A stretch of 64,000 nucleotides of DNA from a virus. Taxonomy: Duplodnaviria; Heunggongvirae; Uroviricota; Caudoviricetes. The stretch lies in the IMG/VR virus record IMGVR_UViG_3300029708_000226; one strand, given 5' to 3'. This document shows positions 10,011-20,578 of this stretch, one piece after another; positions within the stretch are counted from its first letter, which is position 1, and every line of letters starts with the position of its first letter. The translations under genes and the position numbers were made by a program. The notes beneath the pieces were generated by a model. The model searched no databases. It was not told the origin of the DNA and saw only the letters and a list, made by a program, of their open reading frames with translations.

Positions 10011-10673
10011 ATGAGTTTGTCACATGAAAAATTATATCCTGTTTTTGCATTGGATCATCTGCAGTTTTTATATTATATTTTTAAAGAAGATGAATCTGCG
10101 CAATTATATACCAGGGAAATATGGGGGATACCTATATGCGCTTATGATTTAGAGGCTCGTGATTATTTAAGTATTTCTGAATTTGAATGCCGAAATAGAG
10201 AAATTTATACTTTTGATGAAATATGTGATATGCAAAACGTATTGTATAATCTTCATAAATATAGAGAAAACTTAAGTAATGATCCCGCGGATGAAGATTA
10301 TGTCCTGCAATGTCTAAATAAAGGTTACGATATAAGGGAAGTTTATGCCGCAAAGCTTTGTGCTTCTGTTTTTATTTTTTATGGTGCGGAAATCATCTTC
10401 TGTAAAAAATATATAAAAGAAATAGCAGATGAACTGAACGATGATTTGTATTTGTGCCTGAATCGTGTTGATTATCTTACTCTCCTGCCCAAAAGAGCGA
10501 TTGTCGCTGAAAACGGAATAATTAACTTATTTTCTGAAATAAATGATATTGAAAGTCGCAGCTCTTTGAGTCAAAAATATGAATTTTGCAACAAATTTTT
10601 TTATTACATCAGGGAAAAAGACGAATGTAAAGAGATTATAAGTGAATATAGAAAAATAAAATTTGAATTATAA
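10011..10673 (+). CDS. Hypothetical protein
   Basis: 220 aa, GGAGG RBS, TGTTATAAT extended -10 at about 9971-9979; convergent terminator 10673-10710. Confidence 0.75.
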   Translation: MSLSHEKLYPVFALDHLQFLYYIFKEDESAQLYTREIWGIPICAYDLEARDYLSISEFECRNREIYTFDEICDMQNVLYNLHKYRENLSNDPADEDYVLQCLNKGYDIREVYAAKLCASVFIFYGAEIIFCKKYIKEIADELNDDLYLCLNRVDYLTLLPKRAIVAENGIINLFSEINDIESRSSLSQKYEFCNKFFYYIREKDECKEIISEYRKIKFEL

Positions 10674-10713
10674 AAAAGAGCTATGGGTATAACCACATAG
10701 CTCTTCTTTTATA

Positions 10714-11561
10714 TTACTTCGCATCTCCATCCGATACTGATTTAAGAGGTTTTGTTTCCTCTGTATTATCGGCGGATTCGCTTGTATTTGTATTTGTTGT
10801 ATCTGTTGTCTCTTCTATTACAGGTAAAGATACCACGGCTGGTAAGGGTGTTTCCTCGACAGCAGGAACTTCGGAGGTAATAGATTGTGTAGTAACTTCT
10901 TCTAAGCTATTATAATCAATACAATTCATCTGATCTTCTCTTGTGGGAGGATTTCCAGTCATATAATGCAGCCGGTTATTATTGTCCGTTAAGAAAAACT
11001 TTCACAGACTCGGAAGAACAGCTACAGAGGTATTTTTTCTTCTTTCTTTGGTTCTTTTGTTGAAGCTGTAGGCTGAATCGGATTCTGATTTTTATCCGGT
11101 TCTTTTATTGTTTCTTTATTTTCGATACTTACTGACGGCTGCTCATGTTTATCTGGCAAAACCACATTATTTTTGAAGAAGCCGCTTCCACCCATACTAC
11201 GGACAATCAGCACTAACAGAATGAGCAGCAAAAGGATCGGAAGAATATAAGGAAGAAAAGGATAACATTCTTTCACCTGAATATATCCGCATTTGTTTGC
11301 TGCCGGATCCGTTTTGTCGGACGGTGTGGAAGGATATTTCTCCGCTACTACCGGAATATATCCGATAACGTCCCGCTCATTCACCGGTTCGTCAATATAG
11401 TATCTTTTCGTGCCGATCTTCATATAATCGGCCGGTCCACCGTTATATTTCTTTAGAGTGGTCGAACCAAATATGACGGCGTTTTCCGGAAGTGTCTCTT
11501 CGTAGAATACACCCTTCCTTTTGCGTTCTGTTTCTTTGTTGTCTGAAAAATATAAAACCAT
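10714..11561 (-). pseudogene. Probable split membrane-anchored protein (ORFs 11022-11561 and 10714-10962)
   Basis: Upstream part has a TM helix and stops at 11022; downstream part lacks its own RBS and its frame extends upstream past an in-frame TGA. Confidence 0.45.
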
Positions 11562-11572
11562 TATTTTTCCTC

Positions 11573-12157
11573 CTATAATGAATTAGTGCTATTTTCTGGC
11601 GTTATCAAGTTCAGATGTTCCGTAATAAACTGAAACGACTGCGGGCATCTTTTAGAATAAGATTTTGGATTATAGATGCTTTGTTCGAAAGCTTCTGCAA
11701 ATCCTTCCAGTGCGCTCGTAGTTCCATACTGACTTGTGATTTCTGTCTCCCAGATATTCTTCCATTCTTCCGTACCGGAGATATAACTAAGCTTTCCATC
11801 TACATAATGCCCGATCTCATGTGCCACGGCATTCGCTCCATTCTTGGTGTCCTCTACGCGGATCTCTTTAACCACGCTGTCGTAACCGCTTGCTATGGCG
11901 CTGTATCCCCACCCGGCAAACCATGTGTCTTCCAAATGTTCTGTGGAAATGGATAAATGCCAGCCGTCCAGCTGATACGATTCCCGTACATTTTCCGGAA
12001 TCTTACAGTAATTGGCTATCATCCGATTATAATTGGCTTCAGAGACGCCTCCAATCACATCAACAAACGAATACTGCGATGTTGCTGCCGCTTCTGATGG
12101 AAATGAAGTTAACAGCAATCCCGCTGTCAGAATAGATAAAATGATTTTCTTTCCCAT
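11573..12157 (-). CDS. Secreted zinc metalloprotease, anthrax lethal factor (ATLF)/Pro-Pro endopeptidase-like
   Basis: Signal peptide; AHEIGHYVD (HExxH), EGFAEAF, CPQSFQFI. Confidence 0.8.
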   Translation of the reverse strand: MGKKIILSILTAGLLLTSFPSEAAATSQYSFVDVIGGVSEANYNRMIANYCKIPENVRESYQLDGWHLSISTEHLEDTWFAGWGYSAIASGYDSVVKEIRVEDTKNGANAVAHEIGHYVDGKLSYISGTEEWKNIWETEITSQYGTTSALEGFAEAFEQSIYNPKSYSKRCPQSFQFITEHLNLITPENSTNSL

Positions 12158-12323
12158 AAATCCTCATCTTTTATTATTATGAAAGAATTTGTTTTCGAAT
12201 AATTCATATCAAAATATTGTTTATATAATTAATATGAAAGAAAGCGGATCTGTGGCATTTTTCTGCACAAAACTTTCTTTACGGATAATTGCAAAAGAGA
12301 AACCCGCAAAAAGCGGGTTTCTT

Positions 12324-13979
12324 CAGACTGTAGACAAAGTCTCGCACTACTGTGCGGGATTTTTCTTTGCTAAGTACCAGAATGTCCAGTGTTTATGCGG
12401 ATTTTTCGGCACCTTTCTGGTATAATAGAAGTATCAAATCAAGGTAGGTACTTCTATTTATGATGACTCAGAATGCAGATAAAAAAAGAGAACAGGTACA
12501 GTTTCTTTGCATGGATGACATGGTTCCACAGGATCACCTTCTACGAATTATAGATAAAGCAATCGACTGGAACTTTATCTATGACCTTGTAGTCGAAAAA
12601 TATTCACAGGATAATGGTCGTCCCAGTATGGATCCCGTAATGCTGATTAAGATTCCTTTTATCCAGTATCTTTATGGAATCAAAAGTATGCGGCAGACCT
12701 GCAAAGAAATCGAGGTAAATGTTGCTTACCGATGGTTTCTTGGTTTAGATATGATGGATAAAGTGCCACATTTTTCTACATTCGGGAAAAACTATACACG
12801 ACGCTTTAAGAATACCGATCTTTTTGAACAGATTTTTTCCCATATCCTGATGGAGTGTTACAAATTTAAGCTGGTTGACCCTACAGAGGTTTTTGTAGAT
12901 GCCACTCATGTAAAGGCAAGAGCAAATAACAAGAAGATGCAGAAACGAATTGCCCACGAAGAAGCCCTGTTCTATGAGGAACTCTTACAAAAGGAAATCA
13001 ACGAAGACAGGGAAGCTCATGGAAAGAAACCTCTGAAAGAAAAGAGTGACAAGGACGATGATGATAACGACAGTACACCATCAGCCGGAGGTGATCCAAA
13101 AGAATTCACAGATGACATTCCAAAAGATACTAAAACAATAAAGTGTAGCACTACGGATCCTGAAAGTGGATGGTTCCGCAAAGGGGAACACAAGAATGTA
13201 TTTGCCTACGCAATAGAAACTGCCTGTGATAAAAATGGCTGGATTCTTGGTTATACAATTAATCCTGGAAATCAGCATGACAGCAGAACTTTTAAGGGGC
13301 TGTATGATAAAATCAAGAATATCGGTATAGAAACACTGGTTGCAGATGCAGGATATAAAACTCCGGCAATTGCAAAACTTTTGATAGATGATGGCATAAA
13401 ACCTCTTTTACCTTACAAAAGGCCAATGACCAAAGATGGATTTTTTAAGAAGTATGAGTATGTATATGATGAGTATTATGATTGTTATATCTGTCCAAAC
13501 AATAAGACACTGACATATCGCACAACCAACAAGGACGGATATCGAGAATATAAAAGCTGCGGTGCGGCCTGCGCAGAATGCCCGTATCTTTCACAGTGTA
13601 CAGAAAGCAGAGATCATGTAAAAACAGTAACCCGCCATATATGGGAACCATACATGGAAATCTGCGAAGATATCCGTCAGATGTTGGGAATGAAGGATTT
13701 ATATGCACAGAGAAAAGAAACCATAGAGAGAATCTTTGGAACAGCAAAGGAGAATCATGGTTTTCGATATACACAGATGTACGGAAAAGCCCGGATGGAA
13801 ATGAAGGTCGGGCTTACATATGCGTGTATGAATTTGAAAAAGCTAGCAAAGATTAAGGAAAAAAGGGGACTGTTGAAGGAAAGAAAAACTCTCAGAAATT
13901 TAATTTTATACAAAATTTGTTTCATAAAAGAAAAATTGCTCTGGGATGTAAATTCCAGAGCAACTTTGTCTACAGTCTG
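12324..13979 (+). mobile_element. IS1182-family insertion sequence, 17-bp terminal IRs, 27-bp target duplication
   Basis: CAGACTGTAGACAAAGT (12324) / ACTTTGTCTACAGTCTG (13979); GAGAAACCCGCAAAAAGCGGGTTTCTT at 12297-12323 and 13980-14006. Confidence 0.95.
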
Positions 13980-14010
13980 GAGAAACCCGCAAAAAGCGGG
14001 TTTCTTATAA
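12460..14010 (+). CDS. IS1182-family DDE transposase
   Basis: HLLRII...GRPS.DP (DUF772-like), FVDATHVKA, TTDPESG, ADAGY, RKETIERIFG. Confidence 0.95.
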   Translation: MMTQNADKKREQVQFLCMDDMVPQDHLLRIIDKAIDWNFIYDLVVEKYSQDNGRPSMDPVMLIKIPFIQYLYGIKSMRQTCKEIEVNVAYRWFLGLDMMDKVPHFSTFGKNYTRRFKNTDLFEQIFSHILMECYKFKLVDPTEVFVDATHVKARANNKKMQKRIAHEEALFYEELLQKEINEDREAHGKKPLKEKSDKDDDDNDSTPSAGGDPKEFTDDIPKDTKTIKCSTTDPESGWFRKGEHKNVFAYAIETACDKNGWILGYTINPGNQHDSRTFKGLYDKIKNIGIETLVADAGYKTPAIAKLLIDDGIKPLLPYKRPMTKDGFFKKYEYVYDEYYDCYICPNNKTLTYRTTNKDGYREYKSCGAACAECPYLSQCTESRDHVKTVTRHIWEPYMEICEDIRQMLGMKDLYAQRKETIERIFGTAKENHGFRYTQMYGKARMEMKVGLTYACMNLKKLAKIKEKRGLLKERKTLRNLILYKICFIKEKLLWDVNSRATLSTVWRNPQKAGFL

Positions 14011-14037
14011 TCTTTTTTATAATATATTTTTTACTAT

Positions 14038-14640
14038 CTATTCCGTATCTTCTTGCAATCCCAGTGGATCTTGCAATTCATTTCTATTCTTCTGTCTATC
14101 CATGATGACATTGATCGATTTGAACAGTTCCTCTTTTGTCATCATCATATATCCTTGTATAAACAATAAGCTCTGTTTAACGCCGGATAAATCTTCGGTA
14201 ATCTGCTGCACCATCTGGTTTTTCTCCTGCCAGAGGAGTCTTTCTGCTTTACGCATATATTTTGCAAGACTGAACTGCAATTTACTTAATGCTACGAGCA
14301 CATCTATCTCTGTCATGTGCTTTGTATTCAATTGGATATTCTTTTCGTCAATTCCAAGAATATCCATCACATAATGCTGCGCTAAATAAACATCTGTTAA
14401 TTCTTCATATACTCCATATTTACTTTTCTCTTTTCCGGATACATATTCGCCGAAACTTTCGATGAGTTCTGCACATTCTTCTATAGCGACCAGTAAATTA
14501 TTATACCCTCTTTTGGGTCCGGTTGCAGGATAAATAGAATCACTGATGATTTTCTGAAATTCTATCATGGGCATTCTCGTAGCATCTGCTTCCATAAATC
14601 TTTGTTTGTAAATTTCTCTATTCATATAATATTTCTCCAT
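14038..14640 (-). CDS. MazG-like NTP pyrophosphohydrolase fold protein
   Basis: AIEECAELI...EELTDVY motif, followed by a degenerate second copy. Confidence 0.6.
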   Translation of the reverse strand: MEKYYMNREIYKQRFMEADATRMPMIEFQKIISDSIYPATGPKRGYNNLLVAIEECAELIESFGEYVSGKEKSKYGVYEELTDVYLAQHYVMDILGIDEKNIQLNTKHMTEIDVLVALSKLQFSLAKYMRKAERLLWQEKNQMVQQITEDLSGVKQSLLFIQGYMMMTKEELFKSINVIMDRQKNRNELQDPLGLQEDTE

Positions 14641-14962
14641 TATCTACGTAAAATTGAGCCGTTCCTTCTTGTTCTTTTTTCTCTTGATATTGTAATAATT
14701 TTTGTATATCTTTTCCGGTATGGACCATCGTTTTTAGTCCTTCTTTATAACCAATATCAATTCCTGATGTATTATCTCTTGCATAACAATTATGAATTGC
14801 ATCTATAACTGCCTGATAATTATGACCAGCCCCTGGATAACTTTCAATCCGGAAAACACCTAAAAGTAACGCCGGATATGCCATTTTATTTCCGGATAGA
14901 TATTTTTTATGTACAATATTTACCATAGCTTCCGCCTGTTCTACTAATCTTTTGTAAGTCAT
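14618..14962 (-). CDS. Hypothetical protein
   Basis: 114 aa ORF with AAGGA RBS, overlaps next gene. Confidence 0.7.
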   Translation of the reverse strand: MTYKRLVEQAEAMVNIVHKKYLSGNKMAYPALLLGVFRIESYPGAGHNYQAVIDAIHNCYARDNTSGIDIGYKEGLKTMVHTGKDIQKLLQYQEKKEQEGTAQFYVDNGEILYE

Positions 14963-15019
14963 TGAATCTTTATTGTTCCTTTACAAAAGGAAACCCGCCA
15001 AAAACGGGTTTCCTTACAA

Positions 15020-15892
15020 TCATTCTTCGGCAATAGATAATTTCTTAAGTTTTCTGTCAAAAAAATAAACGGAATCAGAAAGAAACTCTTCGGGGAGTAC
15101 TTGTGTCTGGTTGACGGTATTTACCATGTCCTTAAGTCCAGTCACATCATCTCTGAAATCTACAGGAAGGACAATGATCTCGTGAATACTTGACGGCAGG
15201 ATATAGAGATCACTCTTAAGCATATCTGCTGCTTCCGACAAAACATCTTCACAAAGCATTACGCTTGCTCCATGAGTTACGTATTTGGTTTTTACAATGA
15301 GCATAGGGATTTGTTCCAAATCCTCTTCAACACCAACCATCTCTTTAAGAATCTGGTCAAGTGTAACCACCTGTTTTTGTTCACGGACATTTTTTACAGC
15401 AAGATGATATAATTCATCTTCCGTCATACCATGGTAATCAAACATTTCATTCTTAATAAGAATGAAATGACCTGGTTCCAACATGATTTCGTAAACAACT
15501 GCCAGATCAAGAAAATTTCTGTGCGGACAATTTTTCAGCAATTCCTGATTCTTTTCTGCATTGATTAATTTAGGAATAATGCGGTTAGAATTCTCTTTAA
15601 TCTTCTTCAGGATATTATCCGGATCCGGTTTGTTGTCCATTGTATTTATAATGGTTTCTGCAAACATACGGATAGTTTCATTGAAGTCGTGATTACTACA
15701 AAAACTGTCGTACATCCTATCGATATAAAATATCGGCGTACATTTGCTGCCGTCGTCAACCAGAATGCCGGTCAGCTCAATTCCATTATTTTTATTTGTC
15801 TTTTTCTCGCTAAATGTGAGATTCTTATATCTGTCCGGCATATATTCCGGAAGCCTGTTTCTGAGTTCTTCTGCAAATTTTTCCTTTGTCAT
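15020..15892 (-). CDS. DUF5688 family protein
   Basis: KNNG...G, LIN.EKN..LL...PH..FLDLAVVY, LYILPSSIHEII, VN.TQV..EE.LSDSVY; start moved to the ATG after GGAGG and promoter motif at 15932. Confidence 0.85.
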   Translation of the reverse strand: MTKEKFAEELRNRLPEYMPDRYKNLTFSEKKTNKNNGIELTGILVDDGSKCTPIFYIDRMYDSFCSNHDFNETIRMFAETIINTMDNKPDPDNILKKIKENSNRIIPKLINAEKNQELLKNCPHRNFLDLAVVYEIMLEPGHFILIKNEMFDYHGMTEDELYHLAVKNVREQKQVVTLDQILKEMVGVEEDLEQIPMLIVKTKYVTHGASVMLCEDVLSEAADMLKSDLYILPSSIHEIIVLPVDFRDDVTGLKDMVNTVNQTQVLPEEFLSDSVYFFDRKLKKLSIAEE

Positions 15893-16076
15893 GATATTAT
15901 CCTCCATTTTTCTCTTTGATGCCATTAATATGACAGAAAAGTATATCTGGAATACAAAAGGCATCCTTTGCGGATGCCTTAAAATATTTTTATATTTCGC
16001 CATAAAATTACATTCTTTATAGTATGTAGATGCTGCGGTTTTTACAGAGAACAAGCGTCCTTTCGGACGCTTGTTT

Positions 16077-16220
16077 CTAAATCTCGATTTTATAAATTTT
16101 TCCGGCGTACTTATAATCTTCCGGTTTTAAATTGAACTTAATCAGCCTCTCGGTTATCATTCCGCCCCTGTCTTCGTCCTGGAAAGTTACGTAATATCCG
16201 GAAGTAACGTAGTATCCCAT
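16077..16220 (-). CDS. Small hypothetical protein (47 aa)
   Basis: MGYYVTSG...KIEI* with GGAAGG upstream, ending at terminator 16048-16077. Confidence 0.45.
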   Translation of the reverse strand: MGYYVTSGYYVTFQDEDRGGMITERLIKFNLKPEDYKYAGKIYKIEI

Positions 16221-16243
16221 GGTATTACATCCTTCCTCTATTA

Positions 16244-16846
16244 TTACCCTACATATTCTTCATACATCACCAGGTACTTTATCGGTGCTTTCGCTGCATT
16301 TTTCTTTTTCTCTTCATTCAGTTCCTTCGTCAGCTTATCGATCTTTTCCTGATAGCAAGCCATACGCTTTTTAAAAGTGTCTGAACGAAGGTCGTTGTTG
16401 CAGACCGGACATCTGTTTGCCTGAATGTAGGTCTTATTGATCTTTGAACCACATTTACGGCAGCCAATGAAATCAGCTTTCTGGTCTTTTACATTGTTAT
16501 CCAGGCTGTATCGGATCTTCTTTTTACTTTCTGATTTGATTTTTTCTTTTAGTTCAATAATACGTTTTGTTTTATTGACAGACTCAAGATCACGGAAAGC
16601 TACATATCCGGTATAATTGCGGCTCCACTCACTCCGTCTTCCTTCCAAAGTTGCTTCTGCTTCTTCATATCCGTTGAAGACTTTCTGTGGGCAGATGTGT
16701 CTGAATGGATTAATTCTGCATCCCATATTAGGAAATTCCGCGAGATTTGCATTGCTTCTTACAGCGTATCTGATCCTTTCCGCCGCTTCGTCTAATTGTT
16801 TCTTTTTGATATCATCAATTACTATACTTCCGCCGACCCAACTCAT
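16244..16846 (-). CDS. Hypothetical Zn-ribbon/coiled-coil protein
   Basis: CRKC...CPVC; AGGAGG RBS. Confidence 0.75.
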   Translation of the reverse strand: MSWVGGSIVIDDIKKKQLDEAAERIRYAVRSNANLAEFPNMGCRINPFRHICPQKVFNGYEEAEATLEGRRSEWSRNYTGYVAFRDLESVNKTKRIIELKEKIKSESKKKIRYSLDNNVKDQKADFIGCRKCGSKINKTYIQANRCPVCNNDLRSDTFKKRMACYQEKIDKLTKELNEEKKKNAAKAPIKYLVMYEEYVG

Positions 16847-16856
16847 TTTATTCCTC

Positions 16857-17159
16857 CTATAATGTTTTAAAATCACAGTAATTATTTATCCGTTTCAATT
16901 CTCTGTACAACGCTCCGTCGGTGACATAAATGTCACCTGTGTCATCAACCCAAACTTTATCTCTGGCAGTGCTAATGGTGACAAGGTTAGAATAATCTTT
17001 ATCAACGGTTGCATCGTATTCGCTGTCTTTTTTGATATACAGCGTCAGGTCATGTTTTGTGCCAAATCCCAGAACTTCAAGTTCTTCGTTTGCTTTTAAT
17101 TCATCACATTTATCGACAATGGAATCGATAGATGCATTTTGTAAAAGATATTTTCTCAT
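16857..17159 (-). CDS. Hypothetical protein
   Basis: 100 aa, coupled in operon. Confidence 0.7.
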   Translation of the reverse strand: MRKYLLQNASIDSIVDKCDELKANEELEVLGFGTKHDLTLYIKKDSEYDATVDKDYSNLVTISTARDKVWVDDTGDIYVTDGALYRELKRINNYCDFKTL

Positions 17160-17644
17160 TTATTTTTTTCTCCGTTATATTTTTTAATTTCCATGTAACA
17201 TCCATTCATGCATTTATCGTACTGTCTGATATCGTATAGTGCCGAAAACGGGATCTGAATCATTCCTGTTTCCTTAAGGATATTTAGGTACTTGTCGATA
17301 TCGAAATGCCCCTGCATAAAACCATATCCAGACAAAGGTCTTGTTCTTTCGCAGTCACACAATCTGTCATGGTACGTGATTTGGTTCTTCTTAAGAAATT
17401 TGACATACCTGTCAGACAAACCATGGTTTTCTTTTGGGTTGTTTTCACTCCATTCCGAAGAAAGAAACGATTCTCCCTGGAATAATTTCAGTTGCCAGAG
17501 TACCTCTCTTTTACTACGGATCCGTCTGGAAATTCCGTTAATTGCATGCATATAATCATCCATTGTTCCAGGTTCCCAATTCTTCCGGCTGATATTTTTG
17601 TGATCTTTATATTTCGTTGTGTCAATTCTCATAATATAAACCAT
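17156..17644 (-). CDS. Hypothetical protein
   Basis: 162 aa, GGAGG RBS, promoter motif at 17685. Confidence 0.75.
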   Translation of the reverse strand: MVYIMRIDTTKYKDHKNISRKNWEPGTMDDYMHAINGISRRIRSKREVLWQLKLFQGESFLSSEWSENNPKENHGLSDRYVKFLKKNQITYHDRLCDCERTRPLSGYGFMQGHFDIDKYLNILKETGMIQIPFSALYDIRQYDKCMNGCYMEIKKYNGEKNK

Positions 17645-17743
17645 TTATCTTCCTCCATTTTTCTTTGATTTGTAATACTATTATGAAAGAAAAACACAGA
17701 ATAAAAAATGCGCCGGATATTGACCGGCGCATTACGTTTAGCA

Positions 17744-18125
17744 TTAATTTTTGTTGACAGATACTTCTGTTGTGCATATTGCAAACAAAATCGTAAGAAT
17801 GATGTATGCTCCTATGCCGTTTATTACAAATCCCGGAACAATATGGCTTGCGATTACAAGTTCGGCAAAGTTTGCAAAAATTGAGATGATGATTGCCACG
17901 ATCATAAAAAACACGATAGCGCTCTTGGTAATGGATATTTCCAGCTTGTGGATGATAAAAAATAAGCAGTTCTGCCAATAAGCCAATTGCTGCCCATGTA
18001 AGTACAAAAGTTACAGCTACGAGAGCCAGTGTCCGGTAAGAATCATAAGCGACTCTTTCAGGAAACAAAGCTGCAGCAATCCAGATAATAAACATTTCGA
18101 TAAGTAATCTAAAAAAGTTTTTCAT
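17744..18125 (-). pseudogene. Frameshifted 4-TM phage holin family 4 (YvlD-like) membrane protein
   Basis: N-half MKNFFRLL... and C-half ...ASHIVPGFVINGIGAYIIL in different frames, joined at an A6 run (17957-17962). Confidence 0.6.
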
Positions 18126-18137
18126 ATTATTTTTCTC

Positions 18138-18707
18138 CTATTTTGCTCTAAAATATCTGATATTTGTAACCATATCTTTTCGAAGTTCCCAGAAAGTCGC
18201 CTGAACATAGCGGCCGTTGGTAAACCAATCATTCTTTCGCTTGGCTACGTCAAAAATATTCTGCCAGCTTTTGATAATTGCGTTTTCTTTTTCTTCTGGA
18301 CTCAGGGAATCGAACCATTCTTGCTTCTTGTTCAAGTCATCTTCGGAATAGCTGTTATCAAACCAGATATGGTTCAGAACATAATGCCAGCTGCCGTAAT
18401 CTGATAAAAGAACATCTTTATCGTTGATTTCAAATTCGATGCAGGCATAGCTTTTTCCTGGAGTTCCAAGTCCCGTCGTTCTGAGATCCGGTTTCTTATG
18501 TTTCCAGTCTCTCGTATGCCAGGCCCACAAAGGAAGTTTCAAACCATCCGGATGCGGAATATTTCGTTTGTCCATCTCAGCGGCAATCCAGAGATATGCG
18601 TCATGAAAATCGTTGTAATACTCACTTTTCTCCGGATCGCAGGTAAAAACGCCGTTTCTTTCGAGAATATTAACAACCCCAACCGGCTGTATTGTCCACA
18701 ATCTCAT
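18138..18707 (-). CDS. DUF3841 family protein
   Basis: MRLWTIQ...AYLW...PLWAW...LLSDY..WHYVLN...SWQNIF...VQATFWE. Confidence 0.85.
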   Translation of the reverse strand: MRLWTIQPVGVVNILERNGVFTCDPEKSEYYNDFHDAYLWIAAEMDKRNIPHPDGLKLPLWAWHTRDWKHKKPDLRTTGLGTPGKSYACIEFEINDKDVLLSDYGSWHYVLNHIWFDNSYSEDDLNKKQEWFDSLSPEEKENAIIKSWQNIFDVAKRKNDWFTNGRYVQATFWELRKDMVTNIRYFRAK

Positions 18708-18708
18708 G

Positions 18709-18915
18709 TTATCTCTTATCTGCTTCTTCCAACAGTTTTTCAAATTTTACTTTTTCTTCCTCGCTGAGTTCTTCTCCGGCTTTCGACAAAGCCCAATAAA
18801 TTTCTCTGTATGCGGAATCTACTTTGCCATTCGATAATGCTCTTAATGCGTTATGAAGGTAATCCACGCAGGGATATTTGTCAATGGTTTCTTTTCTAAT
18901 ATTTTTGCTTCTCAT
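18709..18915 (-). CDS. Small hypothetical protein
   Basis: GGAGG RBS, in operon. Confidence 0.65.
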   Translation of the reverse strand: MRSKNIRKETIDKYPCVDYLHNALRALSNGKVDSAYREIYWALSKAGEELSEEEKVKFEKLLEEADKR

Positions 18916-18952
18916 GCAATTTTCCTCCGATTACACTTGTTATCTTTGTCTC

Positions 18953-19522
18953 CTAATCTTCGTGCTCCAGTCTTCTGACTGCATCTTTGTGGGGGACATA
19001 GATCTTTTTGTTTCCGTCTTCGATAACCTTCAGAATTCCTTTCTTCTGCAAAGACTGGATTGATTCCTGCACGTACTTTGCGGACAGTCCGCTTACTTTA
19101 CAGATGTCTTCCAAACATATCTGGACACCTTTCTTTTTCTTGCCTGTCAAGACAACGATCGTGTTCAGTACATTTCCTTCGATAGTCAGAAGAGGACAAT
19201 CCAGTTCACCGAAAAATATGATTCTATTGATGGTTTTTTCATCAGGTATTGCAATCTCTGATTTCTGGAAACCATTGGCGACCAGAAAGAACGCATCTTC
19301 CACAACAATTTTTCCTTCTTCGAGGGTATTGAAAGCCACGCCGAAAACTCCGGAATGAGCACGCCTTGTTGTTGTTTCGTTTTCGAGTCTCTTAAATCGA
19401 ATTCCCGGTGAATTACATGAAAAATATTCTTCGAAACAGATTTGCGCCTCTGTATTCTTTGCGTTGAATTTGTCGCATAAATCAGCGGCATATTTATTTA
19501 ATTCTTTTGTTAAAGTGTCCAT
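18953..19522 (-). CDS. Hypothetical protein with C-terminal winged-HTH-like segment
   Basis: LEDICKVSGLSAKYVQESIQSLQKKGILKV; promoter motif at 19568. Confidence 0.65.
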   Translation of the reverse strand: MDTLTKELNKYAADLCDKFNAKNTEAQICFEEYFSCNSPGIRFKRLENETTTRRAHSGVFGVAFNTLEEGKIVVEDAFFLVANGFQKSEIAIPDEKTINRIIFFGELDCPLLTIEGNVLNTIVVLTGKKKKGVQICLEDICKVSGLSAKYVQESIQSLQKKGILKVIEDGNKKIYVPHKDAVRRLEHED

Positions 19523-19627
19523 TTGAATAATCTCCTTCTTTCTTTGTTTTTTTGATATAATTAATATGACAGATAATAGAGGACAAAAGAAAAGCCGGAT
19601 TGATCCGGCATTTTCTTAAATATTTGA

Positions 19628-20092
19628 TTATGAAAAATTATGTTCCGCATATGAATAAAACGCAGAATCGCCGATGATAATATGATCAACGAGTGGAATT
19701 CCCATGATATCCGCCGCACTTTTCAGACGTTTTGTTGTAGCGTTATCGTCTGCGCTCGGAGACGGATCGCCTGAAGGGTGATTATGTACCACCACGAAGG
19801 ACGAGGCGCCTAAGAGACATAAACGGACGAACACTTCGCGCGGCCCCGACTGAGAAGCATTGACGGAACCATGAGTCAACTCAAAAAGACCAATCGGTTT
19901 CATTTTGGTATTTACGGCGATCAGCCAGACATATTCTTCCGCCATCCTGTCTGCGTGAAAAACATCATTCATCATTCGGACGATATTTTCAGGACAGTTT
20001 AGATTGTTGATCTCGTAATTGCTGCTATTTTCCTTTACTACGGCGGTAATCTTATCGTCGGTTAATTCAGTAGTATATCTTGTGATTCTCAT
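19628..20092 (-). CDS. radC: RadC-like JAB domain protein
   Basis: EE...PREVF...HNHPSGDPSPSADD...DHIIIG. Confidence 0.92.
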   Translation of the reverse strand: MRITRYTTELTDDKITAVVKENSSNYEINNLNCPENIVRMMNDVFHADRMAEEYVWLIAVNTKMKPIGLFELTHGSVNASQSGPREVFVRLCLLGASSFVVVHNHPSGDPSPSADDNATTKRLKSAADIMGIPLVDHIIIGDSAFYSYAEHNFS

Positions 20093-20127
20093 GCGTTATA
20101 CCTCGTTTCCGTCTTTGTCAGTAACGT

Positions 20128-20502
20128 TTACAATTTCCGACAAATATGTGTGGTGAAAAGGGGTTGTCTCATCATATTCACCAAACATTTTTCCGCTTTT
20201 TCTTTTGCATCCTTCGGGGAATCTGCTTCTACGCGGACATCAACCTGCGCAACAAATGTAACGGTATATATTCCGGAAGGCGCATTATTGGATGAATTCA
20301 GGAAAGATTCGTATGCTTGATATAAGCGGCGGTATTCCGGATTCTCCGGGGTAAATTCCCTGATCGTTGTATTTGCGCGATCCATAACGCCTTCACTGAC
20401 TTCATAAATATTTTTGCTTTTGGTGTCATAGAATAACTGATATTCTGTATAATCACAGAACATCACGAAGTTTTTAGTGGCAAACCAGTTTTGATTTAAC
20501 AT
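20128..20502 (-). CDS. Hypothetical protein with DpnD/PcfM-like C-terminus (paralog of 21972-22346)
   Basis: MLNQNWF...FYDT...NIY; YTVTF..QVDV.VEA.S..DAKEKA. Confidence 0.7.
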   Translation of the reverse strand: MLNQNWFATKNFVMFCDYTEYQLFYDTKSKNIYEVSEGVMDRANTTIREFTPENPEYRRLYQAYESFLNSSNNAPSGIYTVTFVAQVDVRVEADSPKDAKEKAEKCLVNMMRQPLFTTHICRKL

Positions 20503-20578
20503 ATTATTTTTCTCCTATTTCCAGTTGATAAACTGTTCGATTTCTTCTTTTCGATATCGATTCCATGAAGTAAATTCA

